A stretch of DNA of 64,000 nucleotides from an uncultured Bacteroidales bacterium. GTDB lineage: Bacteria; Bacteroidota; Bacteroidia; Bacteroidales; F082. This document shows, one piece after another, positions 50,247 through 60,449 of the stretch. The translations under genes and the position numbers were made by a program. The notes beneath the pieces are model-generated. The model was given only the letters and a program-made list of their open reading frames with translations. It did no database searches and was not told the origin of the DNA. The stretch covers positions 272 to 64,271 of the forward strand of contig ONVP01000002.1 in assembly GCA_900321315.1 (NCBI GenBank). The letters run 5' to 3'. Within the stretch, counting starts at the first letter, position 1. Each line of letters opens with the position of its first letter.

Positions 50247-52503
50247 ACAGCACCCCGCTTACTTCGGCGGGATTCAAAGCCCATTCGTAAGTGTAAACTT
50301 CATCGGCGGAATCCTTGTCTTCGACGCTGGTGAGTTGCTGTGCTTCGCGCTTCAAGTCAAGGAGTTGCCCGACGGACATTTTTTCTTTCAGGCGAAGCAG
50401 CAATGTTTCTATGCTCTTTTGGTCGGCATCCAAGACGGTTTGGCCCGTGAAGGGCATTTCCAACCATACGATTTCGCGAGCGGCGACATCCAAGATGCCA
50501 AAAACCAAGCCTTTGCTGAGGTTTCCTTCACTGATGCGTACAATATGCTGCACCGTCGAAGGGTCGTAGGCCACGCCATTGCTATTGGAAATCTTCATGG
50601 GATAGGCCGAGTTCATCCAGCCTACCATCAAGTTGGGCGACAAAGTGCCATTAGTGTAGGCGTTGCAGGTGAACATCACATATTTCGCGCCGGCTTTGTC
50701 CAACTCGGGAATCGAAAGCTCGATGTATTCCGCCGTACCCACCTTGTTGGGAATGCGCTGAATGTCGCCAGAGTGCTTGGCTCCCGGAGCGGTCAGCTCG
50801 AAATAGGCGCATTGCGTCACCGTGCCGTCGTTCATGGCGATGCGGCAGCTCAGGTCCATATCCAAGTGCTGGGCGGGCAGGTCTTTCCCCCATTGCATGA
50901 AAAGGCGCACCGAGTCGCCTTCCACATGGAAGCGCGTGCCCTGCAAGGCGCACGAGGTGTCTTGAACAGTGGTGGAACGGTCGCCAATGCTGACGGGAAT
51001 ATCGTACAGCAGCGGGTCGATGTAGATGGTTTTGGCCTCGGTCGGGATTTGCGCAAAACGCTTTTGCATTGTGTTGGCATACAGCGAATTAACCGACTTT
51101 ACCATATCTTTTCGCTCGTCTTCACTATAGAGTTGGAGCAAAGCATTGGGTTCCAAATTGTAGGTGCCACCCGTGATGGGTCGGGCGAGGCGGTTGCGCT
51201 CCACGTCGAAATAAGCTTCGGCGGCATTGCCCAACGAGAGCACCAAGCGCGCCGGCAGCTTGTCGGCCACACTTTCAAATGCCTTCAAGGTGTTGTCTTT
51301 GCCAAAACGCAGCATCGTGGCAAAGAGGCATCGGGCGAACATTCCCGGACGCTGTTTCAGCATCGACAGCACTTCCTGCGCGTCGTTATGTCTTTGAGCT
51401 TCATCAAGTTGTCCCATCCAAGTCTGGTAATCCTGCTTGTAGAACACGTCCAAGATTTCGGCCAGATGTTCAAAGCCTTGCTTGCGCGAATATTCGCCGA
51501 GGCGCAGGGCGCGAATCATGCGCACCCACATGCCGCGTTTGGGGTTCATGTTTTCGGCCACCTGTCGCGCCGACATCGGGAGCGCATTGAGCCAGACGGC
51601 CACCGTGCGGCACATCGTGCGATCGTATTTCAGCTTCAGTTCCCGACGTTTTTCCTCGGCTTTCTCATCGCTTTGGTCGGCTGGCATCCAATGATTGCGG
51701 TTGGCTTTTCGCGCCTGTTCCACCAAGTGTTTCGGCTCGATGATTTTCACCAAGCCCGTCTTTTCAAACCAAAGGAAACGCAAAATGTCTGTCGGCGTAG
51801 TCAGCAGTTGGGCGGCCTTCTCCCCTTCGCCCTTGGCGATGAGGCTTTGCACCACGACCATGCAGGTTTCTTTCATCGGTATGGCGACGTTTTCAGGCAA
51901 TTCCATCAGCGGGAGCAGCAGTTTCAGCGAGTCGAGTTGCGTGGCATCCAAGGGCGTTGGCGAAGTGAGCAGCGAGAGGAAGGTTTTCTCTATGTCGTCC
52001 TTCGTAAACAAACGCAGTTCCTTCAGTTTGCTGCCTTGGCCGTGATAGACGAAATCGGCGGTGCGAAACGGTGTGCCGCAGAACGGGCAGCCGTTGTAGC
52101 GCTCCAAGGGGAAAGTGCCTTCGGGAATCAGATGGCCGCAGGGCAATGTGGTGCCTTTGAAGCCAAATTCCTCGCCGAAAACATTGGCAATCAGTGTGAT
52201 GATATGGTCGGCGCGGGTTTCGCCCGTGGGCACGTCCCAACCTTTCACCAACGGCGCCCAGTTGAGTTTGACACCCAACACCTCATTAATCAACGCGGTG
52301 ATGTCGGCCAATTTGTTGGCTGAAACCTTCGTCAAGGCGTGCAAAAACTCCTCGTTCACGCTGTAGCCATTTTCGCGCAGGCGGGCCACAAAAGCCATTG
52401 CTGGGACTGTAGGTTGGTAATTGTCAGTTAGTTGCGCTTTTTCGATTGGCAAAAAAATTGCCCTATGGCGCAGGGCAACTCTTTGGAAAGATTGTTCGTT
52501 CAT
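50239..52503 (-). CDS. Large uncharacterised protein with Cys-knuckle and C-terminal TerD-like domain
   Basis: CGHLIPEG...[11 protein letters not shown] is Zn-ribbon-like. The C-terminal [22 protein letters not shown]...GAKHSGDIQ...[26 protein letters not shown] follows the TerD pattern (GLGWD..DLD.S..L....HSGDN....E.I.V.L......v.f.v). Confidence 0.7.
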   Translation of the reverse strand: MNEQSFQRVALRHRAIFLPIEKAQLTDNYQPTVPAMAFVARLRENGYSVNEEFLHALTKVSANKLADITALINEVLGVKLNWAPLVKGWDVPTGETRADHIITLIANVFGEEFGFKGTTLPCGHLIPEGTFPLERYNGCPFCGTPFRTADFVYHGQGSKLKELRLFTKDDIEKTFLSLLTSPTPLDATQLDSLKLLLPLMELPENVAIPMKETCMVVVQSLIAKGEGEKAAQLLTTPTDILRFLWFEKTGLVKIIEPKHLVEQARKANRNHWMPADQSDEKAEEKRRELKLKYDRTMCRTVAVWLNALPMSARQVAENMNPKRGMWVRMIRALRLGEYSRKQGFEHLAEILDVFYKQDYQTWMGQLDEAQRHNDAQEVLSMLKQRPGMFARCLFATMLRFGKDNTLKAFESVADKLPARLVLSLGNAAEAYFDVERNRLARPITGGTYNLEPNALLQLYSEDERKDMVKSVNSLYANTMQKRFAQIPTEAKTIYIDPLLYDIPVSIGDRSTTVQDTSCALQGTRFHVEGDSVRLFMQWGKDLPAQHLDMDLSCRIAMNDGTVTQCAYFELTAPGAKHSGDIQRIPNKVGTAEYIELSIPELDKAGAKYVMFTCNAYTNGTLSPNLMVGWMNSAYPMKISNSNGVAYDPSTVQHIVRISEGNLSKGLVFGILDVAAREIVWLEMPFTGQTVLDADQKSIETLLLRLKEKMSVGQLLDLKREAQQLTSVEDKDSADEVYTYEWALNPAEVSGVLFI

Positions 52504-52785
52504 GGTTGTTCAATTAAATAAGACAATTGCGAAGCTGAATGCACACACCCCGAGTTGGGGTTTCTGAAGAGAAGTAAGCCTCGCTTAGGCCTGTATTAGA
52601 CTTGAAAAACGGAAATCGCTTGCCTGAATGAACCTTGGAAGTTTGTAAGAAGTAAGGCAAACTTGGTCCGTTTGTGCCGCAAAGATAGGCGTTTTCGTCC
52701 ATATTTGAACGGTTTTCACTCATTTTTTGCAACCAAGCCCCAAAAAACTGTAATTTTGCGCTCAAAATCAAGCAAAACAATCACT

Positions 52786-54309
52786 ATGAACCAAGAAGAT
52801 TTTTTCAAGAAAATTACTGCTCATGCGAAGGAATATGGCTTCATCTTCCAGTCGAGCGAGATTTATGACGGACTTTCAGCCGTTTACGACTACGGCCAAA
52901 ACGGCGTGGAACTGAAGAAAAACATCCGCGAATATTGGTGGAAGGCCATGGTGCAGATGCACGAGAACATTGTCGGCATCGATGCGGCCATCTTCATGCA
53001 CCCCACCACTTGGAAGGCCTCGGGGCACGTGGACGCTTTCAACGACCCCCTCATCGACAACCGCGACTCGAAGAAACGCTATCGCGCCGATGTGCTCGTT
53101 GAGGACCATATCGCCAAAATCGAGGAGAAGATTAATAAAGAGGTGGAGAAAGCCCGCAAACGCTTCGGCGACGCCTTCAACGAAGAACAGTTCGTGACCA
53201 CCAACCCGCGCGTTTTGGAATACAAAGCCAAAATCGAGGAAATCGGCCACAGGCTGTATAGTGCCATGGAAGCCAACGACCTCGAAGCCATCAAACAGCT
53301 CATCCTCGACCTCGAAATCGTCTGTCCCATCAGCGGCACCCGCAACTGGACCGACGTGCGCCAGTTCAACCTCATGTTCGCCACCAAGATGGGCAGCGTG
53401 GCCGAAGGCTCCGACACGATTTACCTGCGTCCCGAGACGGCCCAAGGCATCTTCGTGAACTACCTCAACGTGCAGAAGACCGGCCGCATGAAGATTCCGT
53501 TTGGCATCGCCCAAACCGGAAAAGCCTTCCGCAACGAGATTGTGGCGCGCCAGTTCATTTTCCGCATGAGGGAGTTTGAGCAGATGGAAATGCAGTTCTT
53601 CGTCCGCCCTGGCACCGAACTCGACTGGTTCAAGCAATGGAAACAGGAACGCCTCAACTGGCATCTTTCGTTGGGCATTCCCGCCGAGAAATACCGCTTC
53701 CATGACCATGAGAAACTGGCCCACTACGCCAACGCCGCCACCGACATCGAGTTTGACTTCCCCTTCGGTTTCAAGGAGCTGGAAGGCATTCACAGCCGCA
53801 CCGACTTCGACCTCTCGGCCCACGCCAAATACTCAGGCAAGAAACTCCAATACTTCGACCCCGACACCAACGAGAGCTACACGCCTTACGTCATCGAGAC
53901 CTCCATCGGCCTCGACCGCATGTTCCTCGCCATGTTCAGCAACGCTTATACTGAAGAGAAGTTGGAAGACGGCTCGGAGCGCGTGGTGCTGAAGCTGCCG
54001 CCCGTGCTTGCGCCTTATAAGGTCGCGGTGCTGCCGTTGGTCAAGAAAGACGGTCTGCCGGAGAAGGCCCGCGAAATCATCGACTCGCTGAAGGCTGACT
54101 TCATGTGCCAATACGAGGAGAAGGATTCCATCGGCAAGCGCTACAGAAGACAAGATGCCATCGGTACGCCGATGTGTGTTACCGTCGATAATGACACTTT
54201 GGTCGATAACTGCGTCACCGTCCGCGACCGCGACACGATGAACCAAGTGCGCGTCCCGATTGCGAACCTGCGCAACATGATTTTCGACGAGTTGAAACCC
54301 AAAAAGTAA
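52786..54309 (+). CDS. glyQS: Glycine--tRNA ligase (dimeric class II type)
   Basis: FQSSEIYDGLSAVYDYGQNGVELKKNI and FRNEIVARQFIFRMREFEQMEMQFF (class II motif 2 context), plus a C-terminal anticodon-binding domain. Start trimmed to the ATG at 52786. A -7 box TAATTTTG lies at 52751-52758. Confidence 0.95.
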   Translation: MNQEDFFKKITAHAKEYGFIFQSSEIYDGLSAVYDYGQNGVELKKNIREYWWKAMVQMHENIVGIDAAIFMHPTTWKASGHVDAFNDPLIDNRDSKKRYRADVLVEDHIAKIEEKINKEVEKARKRFGDAFNEEQFVTTNPRVLEYKAKIEEIGHRLYSAMEANDLEAIKQLILDLEIVCPISGTRNWTDVRQFNLMFATKMGSVAEGSDTIYLRPETAQGIFVNYLNVQKTGRMKIPFGIAQTGKAFRNEIVARQFIFRMREFEQMEMQFFVRPGTELDWFKQWKQERLNWHLSLGIPAEKYRFHDHEKLAHYANAATDIEFDFPFGFKELEGIHSRTDFDLSAHAKYSGKKLQYFDPDTNESYTPYVIETSIGLDRMFLAMFSNAYTEEKLEDGSERVVLKLPPVLAPYKVAVLPLVKKDGLPEKAREIIDSLKADFMCQYEEKDSIGKRYRRQDAIGTPMCVTVDNDTLVDNCVTVRDRDTMNQVRVPIANLRNMIFDELKPKK

Positions 54310-54314
54310 AGCAG

Positions 54315-55100
54315 ATGCAAATCAAATGCGATTACTGCGGTGCGTTGATCGATGATTCCAGTAAGACCTGTCCCAAATGCGGCGCACCCCTTTCGGGTGT
54401 CCACCGCACGGCCAAAGAGCAACCCAAGACCATCGAGGAACTGAAAGAGTGGTATGTGGCTCATCATCTGCCGCCCGAGGAAATCACCAGGTTCTTCATC
54501 GGCAAGGACATCCGTGAGCCGAAGGCTTTCGGCATCTACCGAGACAACCTTGGCAAATACGTGGTTTACAAAAACAAGTCGACCGGCGAGCGTGCCGTCC
54601 GTTACCAAGGCTCCGACGAGCAGTATGCCGTCAACGAGCTGTACCAACGCCTGAAGGCCGAGATTGCCGATCAAAAAGGCAACAGTACAACGGGCAAAAA
54701 GCCACAACAGCCTGTCAAAAAGAAAAAGAAGAGAGGCTGTCTGATAACCATTATCATCTTTTTCGCCATGTGTATCTTGGCGGCCATCTTAGACACCACG
54801 CCACCCAACGGCTACTACAACTACAACGGCACCCAGTATTACCACCAAAACTCGACGTGGTACTATTATGACAAAGATGCCGACAATTGGTACAAGTCTG
54901 ACGAGAAGATTGACATCACGGACAAAAACGCCAAGGATTTCCAAATTGACAGCCATGTTGGCAAGGACTTTGAAACCACTTATTGGTACGACTCAGGCAG
55001 CCACAGCGACGACTACAGCGATTGGGATAGCGACAGCGACTGGGACAGCGGAAGCGACTCGTGGGACAGTGGCAGTACTGACTGGGATTCTGACTGGTAG
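54315..55100 (+). CDS. Zinc-ribbon membrane protein with Tyr/Asn-rich segment and Asp/Ser/Trp repeat tail
   Basis: CDYCGALIDDSSKTCPKCGAP is a zinc ribbon. CLITIIIFFAMCILAAIL is a TM helix. The tail is SDWDSDSDWDSGSDSWDSGSTDWDSDW. Confidence 0.6.
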   Translation: MQIKCDYCGALIDDSSKTCPKCGAPLSGVHRTAKEQPKTIEELKEWYVAHHLPPEEITRFFIGKDIREPKAFGIYRDNLGKYVVYKNKSTGERAVRYQGSDEQYAVNELYQRLKAEIADQKGNSTTGKKPQQPVKKKKKRGCLITIIIFFAMCILAAILDTTPPNGYYNYNGTQYYHQNSTWYYYDKDADNWYKSDEKIDITDKNAKDFQIDSHVGKDFETTYWYDSGSHSDDYSDWDSDSDWDSGSDSWDSGSTDWDSDW

Positions 55101-55174
55101 GTTAGGATTGCCCAGACGGGCAAGAAACGCTTTGCATTTGATGCAGCCATCTTTCAAAAAAGAACATTAAGACC

Positions 55175-55801
55175 ATGAAAAACGTTCTTTTTCTTGTCGC
55201 AGTTTGCATAGCCTTTGCTGCCTGCAACAAATACGAATCGCAAGGCGGCAGTGGCTCGGCACTGGTATATCCTTCTTACCAAATCGGCGACTACTTCAGC
55301 AACGACACCCTGCAAGGTATCGTGTTTTTCACCACAGCGGGCGGCACAAGCGGCTTGATGATCAGTCTCGAAGAAACCCACGAGCCTTGGTGCACTCCAA
55401 GCCACATCAACAACGAAACTGGAGGAACCAACCCCTACGATGGATGGAATAACACCAACATCGTTTCGTCAAACTACGACTTGCGCAACTTTCCCGCCAT
55501 CAAATGGAGCTACCAGCGAAACACTTGGCATCTCGTCCATTACGATCACCGCATGATCAACAAAAAGCAGTGGTATGTGCCTTCAAGCACCGAGCTTCGC
55601 TACCTGCTCCAGAACCAAGAGGCGGTGAACGCCACCTTGGCCTCGATGGGCTATCCGACATTGGAAGGCAAAACCTACTGGTCGAGCACCGAAACGGGCA
55701 CACGCGGCGCGGCGGCGGCTTTTGTGCGCAATGGCCAAACCATCGTCGCCGACACGCTGAAAACTCAAACGTTTTTCGTTAGGGCAATACGAACCTTCTG
55801 A
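55175..55801 (+). CDS. DUF1566-like (Lcl C-terminal domain) lipoprotein
   Basis: MKNVLFLVAVCIAFAAC is a signal plus lipobox. WYVPSSTELRYL...YWSSTE...FFVRAIRTF follows the DUF1566 pattern. Confidence 0.65.
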   Translation: MKNVLFLVAVCIAFAACNKYESQGGSGSALVYPSYQIGDYFSNDTLQGIVFFTTAGGTSGLMISLEETHEPWCTPSHINNETGGTNPYDGWNNTNIVSSNYDLRNFPAIKWSYQRNTWHLVHYDHRMINKKQWYVPSSTELRYLLQNQEAVNATLASMGYPTLEGKTYWSSTETGTRGAAAAFVRNGQTIVADTLKTQTFFVRAIRTF

Positions 55802-55803
55802 AA

Positions 55804-57279
55804 CTATTTCTTCGCCACAGGGTCGCAGGTGAGGCCGATGCCGAGTTTCTTGAAGATTTTCTGATCGACCTCGCTGAGCATTACTGTGCTATGCACCTGA
55901 CAGCCATTGAGTTGTGGCAAACATTCAAGGGCTTTCTTGCAGTTTTCGTCCCAAAGGCTGAGCATGGAAAGGGCTACAAGCACTTCATCAGTATGGAGGC
56001 GCGGATTGTTGCCGTGCAAGAAGCTGACCTTGGTGGTTTGGATTGGCTCAATCATAGCCTGCGGGATGAGTTTCACCTCATGCGGGATTCCAGCTATATG
56101 TTTGGTGGCGTTCAAAATCAATGCCGCGCTTGGGCCAAGCAGGTCGCTGGTGTGGGCCGTGATGAGGGTGCCGTCGGCCAGTTCGATGGCGGCAGAGGCC
56201 TTGCCTTCCGTTTCCTTGCGTTCCTTGGCAACGATGGTGGTCTTGCGCAGGGCGGTGGTTATCTTGGCCTGTTTCATCAGCAAAGCGATTTTGTTCACCT
56301 CGTTTTCAGAGCCTTTGCCTTGTGCCAATTCGCAAAGCGCGGTGTAGTAGCGGCGGATGATTTCCTGACAGGAGGCTTCGCAGCAGGTTTTGTCGTCGCA
56401 GAGGCAATAGCCCACCATGTTCACGCCCATGTCGGTCGGCGACTTGTAGGGATTCTCGCCGTAGATGCTCTCGAAGATGGCGTTCAGCACGGGGAAGATT
56501 TCGATGTCTCGGTTGTAGTTGACGGCGGTTTTCCCGTAGGCTTCGAGGTGGAACGGGTCGATCATGTTCACGTCGCTGAGGTCGGCGGTGGCGGCTTCGT
56601 AGGCCACGTTGACGGGGTGCTTCAGCGGCAAGTTCCAGACGGGGAAAGTCTCAAACTTGGCGTAGCCTGCCTTGATATTGCGCTTGTTTTCCTGATAGAG
56701 CTGGCTCAGGCAGACGGCCATTTTGCCGCTTCCCGGTCCGGGTGCCGTGACCACTACCAAGGGGCGTGTGGTTTCCACATAGTCGTTGCGGCCAAAGCCT
56801 TCGTCGGAGTCAATGAGCGCCACGTTGTTCGGATAGCCCTCGATGATGCGGTGGTAATACACCTTGATGCCCATGCGCTCCAAGCGTTTGCGGTAGGCAT
56901 CGGTGCTGGCTTGGCCGTTGTAGTGCGTGACCACGACGGAGTTCACCATGAAGCCGCGGCTCATAAATTCCTCGCGGAGGCGCAGCACATCCACGTCGTA
57001 GGTGATGCCCAAGTCGCCGCGCACCTTGTTCTTCTCAATGTCGACCGCGCTGATGACGATGATGATTTCGGCCACCTCGACCAGCTGAAGCAACATTTTC
57101 AGCTTGCTGTCGGGCTGGAAACCCGGCAACACGCGGCTGGCGTGGAAGTCGTCGAAGAGCTTGCCGCCAAATTCGAGATAGAGCTTGTCGCCGAACTTGG
57201 CGATGCGCTCCTTGATGTGCTCAGACTGGATTTTGAGGTATTTTTCGTTGTCGAACCCGTATTTTGTTGCGCTTTTCAT
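55804..57279 (-). CDS. DUF1846 (UPF0371) family protein
   Basis: MKSATKYGFDNEKYLKIQSEHIKERIAKFGDKLYLEFGGKLFDDFHASRVLPGF is the family N-terminus. I trimmed the 902-aa listed ORF to the ATG at 57279. The upstream extension is antisense to the AI-2E transporter. Confidence 0.9.
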   Translation of the reverse strand: MKSATKYGFDNEKYLKIQSEHIKERIAKFGDKLYLEFGGKLFDDFHASRVLPGFQPDSKLKMLLQLVEVAEIIIVISAVDIEKNKVRGDLGITYDVDVLRLREEFMSRGFMVNSVVVTHYNGQASTDAYRKRLERMGIKVYYHRIIEGYPNNVALIDSDEGFGRNDYVETTRPLVVVTAPGPGSGKMAVCLSQLYQENKRNIKAGYAKFETFPVWNLPLKHPVNVAYEAATADLSDVNMIDPFHLEAYGKTAVNYNRDIEIFPVLNAIFESIYGENPYKSPTDMGVNMVGYCLCDDKTCCEASCQEIIRRYYTALCELAQGKGSENEVNKIALLMKQAKITTALRKTTIVAKERKETEGKASAAIELADGTLITAHTSDLLGPSAALILNATKHIAGIPHEVKLIPQAMIEPIQTTKVSFLHGNNPRLHTDEVLVALSMLSLWDENCKKALECLPQLNGCQVHSTVMLSEVDQKIFKKLGIGLTCDPVAKK

Positions 57280-57408
57280 GGTGCTTGAAATTGGAAATAC
57301 GGGAAGCAAAAGTACGCTATTTTCCGCAAACGCCTCAAATTTTTCGCCGAAAAGCGCGATTTTCGGAAAAAAAACTACCTTTGTGGCTCCAAATGTGGAT
57401 TTCAAGAC

Positions 57409-58566
57409 ATGGAAAACGAAAGAAACACCGAAAGACTGGCTGGTTACCTCATCAAATTGGGCATGTTGGCAACAGTTTTGGCCTTGTGCTGGTACTTCAG
57501 GAATGTGCTGGTTTACATCATCGTAGCCTTCGTGGTGTCGCTGGTTGGCTACCCAATCATGACCCGCCTGCGCAAAGTCAAAGTCAAGGGCAGGCAGGCT
57601 CCCAACTGGCTTTTGGCCGTGCTGACCATCGTGGTCATCATTCTGATTCTCAGCTTTCTTGTCACGCAAATCATCCCTTTGGTTTCCAACATTGTGCACG
57701 ACATTTCGGCGATGAGCGGGAGCGTTTACTTCGAGTCGAATCCCATCGATTCGCTGAACGCATGGCTTGTGGCCACCTTTCCCAGCTTGGGCCGCGATTT
57801 CGACATGGCCTCCATTTTGGTGGACAAACTTAAGGATCTGGTGAGTTTCAACAACGTGAGCGGCATCGTCGGCTCGGTGGCTTCGGTGGTGTCGAGTGCC
57901 TTCGTGGGGCTGTTTTCGGTGGTGTTCATCTCGTTTTTCTTCATCAAGGACGACACGCTGTTTGAGAAAATCGTCAGTGCCTTTGTTCCCGACAAGCATG
58001 AGATTACCTTGGGCAAGACGTTGAACGACATCAAGCAGTTGCTTTCGCGCTATTTTGTCGGCCTCATCATCGAGATGGTGGGCGTGGCCGTGGTCGATTT
58101 CCTCGGGTTGTGGCTCATTGCGCGGCTGCCTGTCAGCTATGCCTTGGGCATCGCCTTCATTGCGGGTTTGCTCAACATGATACCCTACGTTGGCCCGCTC
58201 ATGGGCGAGGCCATCGGCATCATTCTCGGCGTGCTGCTCAAGTTCAGCATCGGCGCTGGCTTGGACGTTAACGTTTGGATTTTCGCCCTCATCATTTTTG
58301 CCATCATGTTCGGGGCGCAGCTCATCGACAACTTCATCTACCAGCCTGTCATTTACTCGACGAGCATCAAGGCGCACCCGTTGGAAATCTTCATCGTCTT
58401 GCTCATGGCCGGCCACCTCGGCGGCACGGTCGGGATGCTGGTGGCCATTCCCGCCTACACGGTGGTGCGCGTCATCGCCATACGGTTCTTCTACCGCTAC
58501 AAGGCCATTCAAAGGCTGATTCCCGACCTGAGCGAGGAGGACAAGATTATCGAGAATATTGATTAA
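57409..58566 (+). CDS. AI-2E family transporter (PerM/UPF0118)
   Basis: It has eight hydrophobic segments, and FIAGLLNMIPYVGPLMG is the family-typical motif. A -7 box TACCTTTG lies at 57376-57383. Confidence 0.9.
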   Translation: MENERNTERLAGYLIKLGMLATVLALCWYFRNVLVYIIVAFVVSLVGYPIMTRLRKVKVKGRQAPNWLLAVLTIVVIILILSFLVTQIIPLVSNIVHDISAMSGSVYFESNPIDSLNAWLVATFPSLGRDFDMASILVDKLKDLVSFNNVSGIVGSVASVVSSAFVGLFSVVFISFFFIKDDTLFEKIVSAFVPDKHEITLGKTLNDIKQLLSRYFVGLIIEMVGVAVVDFLGLWLIARLPVSYALGIAFIAGLLNMIPYVGPLMGEAIGIILGVLLKFSIGAGLDVNVWIFALIIFAIMFGAQLIDNFIYQPVIYSTSIKAHPLEIFIVLLMAGHLGGTVGMLVAIPAYTVVRVIAIRFFYRYKAIQRLIPDLSEEDKIIENID

Positions 58567-59732
58567 ATGCGTTTCTGGAACGCCAGCCTTTCATCCCCAT
58601 TCAATAGGTGGATGATGCCGCAGTATTGGTAACCGTGTCTTTCCAAGCCCTTCCGCATGATGATGTTGGCTTCGTGCGTGTCGATGCGGATGTTGGGAAC
58701 TTGGCTCTCGCTGAAGTCCAACACCGCGTCCAAAATGCCGTGCGAATCGGGTGTGCTGGCAATGCGATGAATGACGTGATATGGCTCATTGTCAAGCCAT
58801 TGGCCGTCGTAAATCACGTTGTAGGTCACCTCGGGGCTGGGCAGCAAGGCAAATGTGCCGACAATCGCGCCCGATTCGTTGGCCATGATATAGCTTCCGC
58901 CCGATTCGATGTCCTTTCGGAACATGTCGTCACGCGGATAGCCGTCAGGCCATTGGAAGGTGTTGCCATAGCTGCGCATGATTTCGCGGGCTCGGTCGCG
59001 AAGGCTGAGGATGGTCGGCAGGTCGTCCATCATGGCATGGCGGATGCTGTAACCCGACAGAAAAACCCTCACCATCGCGTTGAAGGCTTCTGGGTTCTTG
59101 TTTGCCACGAAGTGGTCGCCTTTGAGGATGGCCAGCTGCGCATTGGGCAAACTGTTGTAAATATGCCTCGTGTGCGATTCCTTGATCATATCTTTCGTGC
59201 CAGCCACAACCAAGACAGGCATGGTCAGACGTGCCAATTCCGAAGGTTCGAAATGCGGCTCATTGACCATCAGGCCGAGCATTTCGGCGTTTTTCTTTGC
59301 TTTTTCGTCCTTGTTGGCAAACAGTTTCGCGATGCGATAGCCCATTTCGATGGGCCATTGGTATAGCGGTTTCACGCCGCGAGGATTGAGGTTGGCGCCG
59401 TTAAGTATCAGTTTTTCAACCCGTTCTGAATATTTCAAAGCGAAGGTCAGGGCGATGTTGCCGCCGTCGGAGAAGCCCAAAATATTGGCTTTCGCGATAC
59501 CTTTCGCGTCCATGAAGTCGTGCAAGTCCTCCGCGAACTGCTTGATGGTGAATGGCTTCACGCCGCGTGGCGACTTCCCATGACCGCGCGTGTCGATGGC
59601 AATGACGCGATATTTCTCCGAAAACGCGCTGATTTGGTGCTCGAAATAACTGCTGTCTTCACCGTTGCCGTGAAGCAGAATCAGCGGCTGGCCTTGGCCT
59701 TGTTCGATATGGTGGAGTTGGATGTCAGGCAT
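58563..59732 (-). CDS. Alpha/beta hydrolase fused to a GNAT N-acetyltransferase domain
   Basis: N-terminal LILLHGNGEDSSYF and the nucleophile elbow GFSDGGNIAL mark the hydrolase. The C-terminal ~150 aa (IVGTFALLP...VIHRIAS...RIDTHEANIIMRKGLERHGYQYCG) is GNAT-like. The ATG at 59732 overlaps the upstream stop by 8 nt. Confidence 0.8.
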   Translation of the reverse strand: MPDIQLHHIEQGQGQPLILLHGNGEDSSYFEHQISAFSEKYRVIAIDTRGHGKSPRGVKPFTIKQFAEDLHDFMDAKGIAKANILGFSDGGNIALTFALKYSERVEKLILNGANLNPRGVKPLYQWPIEMGYRIAKLFANKDEKAKKNAEMLGLMVNEPHFEPSELARLTMPVLVVAGTKDMIKESHTRHIYNSLPNAQLAILKGDHFVANKNPEAFNAMVRVFLSGYSIRHAMMDDLPTILSLRDRAREIMRSYGNTFQWPDGYPRDDMFRKDIESGGSYIMANESGAIVGTFALLPSPEVTYNVIYDGQWLDNEPYHVIHRIASTPDSHGILDAVLDFSESQVPNIRIDTHEANIIMRKGLERHGYQYCGIIHLLNGDERLAFQKRI

Positions 59733-60447
59733 GGTGCATGAATTTTTGGCGTTCATTTTCTGAAAATTTCTCAATCGCATAGCGGAGCATCGTGCGCGGC
59801 ATGGTTGTGTATCGCGTTGAGAGCCAGTTTTTCAGGCGTTGCTCATCACGTTTTCCAGCTTCGCGCAACAGCCAGCCGACGGCCTTCTGTAAAAGGTCGT
59901 GCAAAGGCTTCGGTCTGGCCAAGAAAATGTCTGCAATGACGTAAGTATCATCCAATTGCCCATGGCGGATGAACTGCATCGTGCTCACCATCCCAATCCG
60001 TTGTTCCCAAATCGTCTTGCCGTCGCGGGCGAGGTCGTAAAGCAAGGTTCTGTCCTTGTCCAAAAGCCAAATGCCGAGCAGTTCGTAACACGACAAATCC
60101 ACCAAATCCCAATTATTAATGTATTGCGTATGAGCGAGATAGAAATCAACACATTGTTGTTGCAAGGCCTTGTCTTTTTTGGCGTGTTTGAATATCTGAA
60201 CCAAAGTCAGCAAGGCGGCGAGACGCATTTCGTGGTATTCGGAGGCGATGCAGGTTTCCAAGTCCTCAAAACTTGTTTCTTTCCAACACGCTTTCACCAC
60301 TTCGCGCGTCGCTGGCACCTTGATACCCAAGAATTTGTCTCCCTCGCCGTATTGCCCCTTGCCCGTCTTGAAGAAACGGGAGAGGCCTTCGACTTGGGCA
60401 AGGTCTTGTTTCGCAAGAATATCGGCGTATAATTTATTGGTTTTCAT
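59725..60447 (-). CDS. DNA alkylation repair protein (AlkD-like HEAT-repeat)
   Basis: LSRFFKTGKGQYGEGDKFLGIKVP and INNWDLVDLSCYELLG are characteristic. Confidence 0.85.
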   Translation of the reverse strand: MKTNKLYADILAKQDLAQVEGLSRFFKTGKGQYGEGDKFLGIKVPATREVVKACWKETSFEDLETCIASEYHEMRLAALLTLVQIFKHAKKDKALQQQCVDFYLAHTQYINNWDLVDLSCYELLGIWLLDKDRTLLYDLARDGKTIWEQRIGMVSTMQFIRHGQLDDTYVIADIFLARPKPLHDLLQKAVGWLLREAGKRDEQRLKNWLSTRYTTMPRTMLRYAIEKFSENERQKFMHHA

Positions 60448-60449
60448 TG

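Noticed and set aside
57280-58512. The N-terminal ~410 aa of the listed 902-aa minus-strand ORF (55804..58512).
   Set aside because: This part is His/Asp/Gly/Val-rich low complexity and exactly antisense to the well-supported AI-2E transporter gene. The recognisable DUF1846 protein begins at the internal ATG at 57279.
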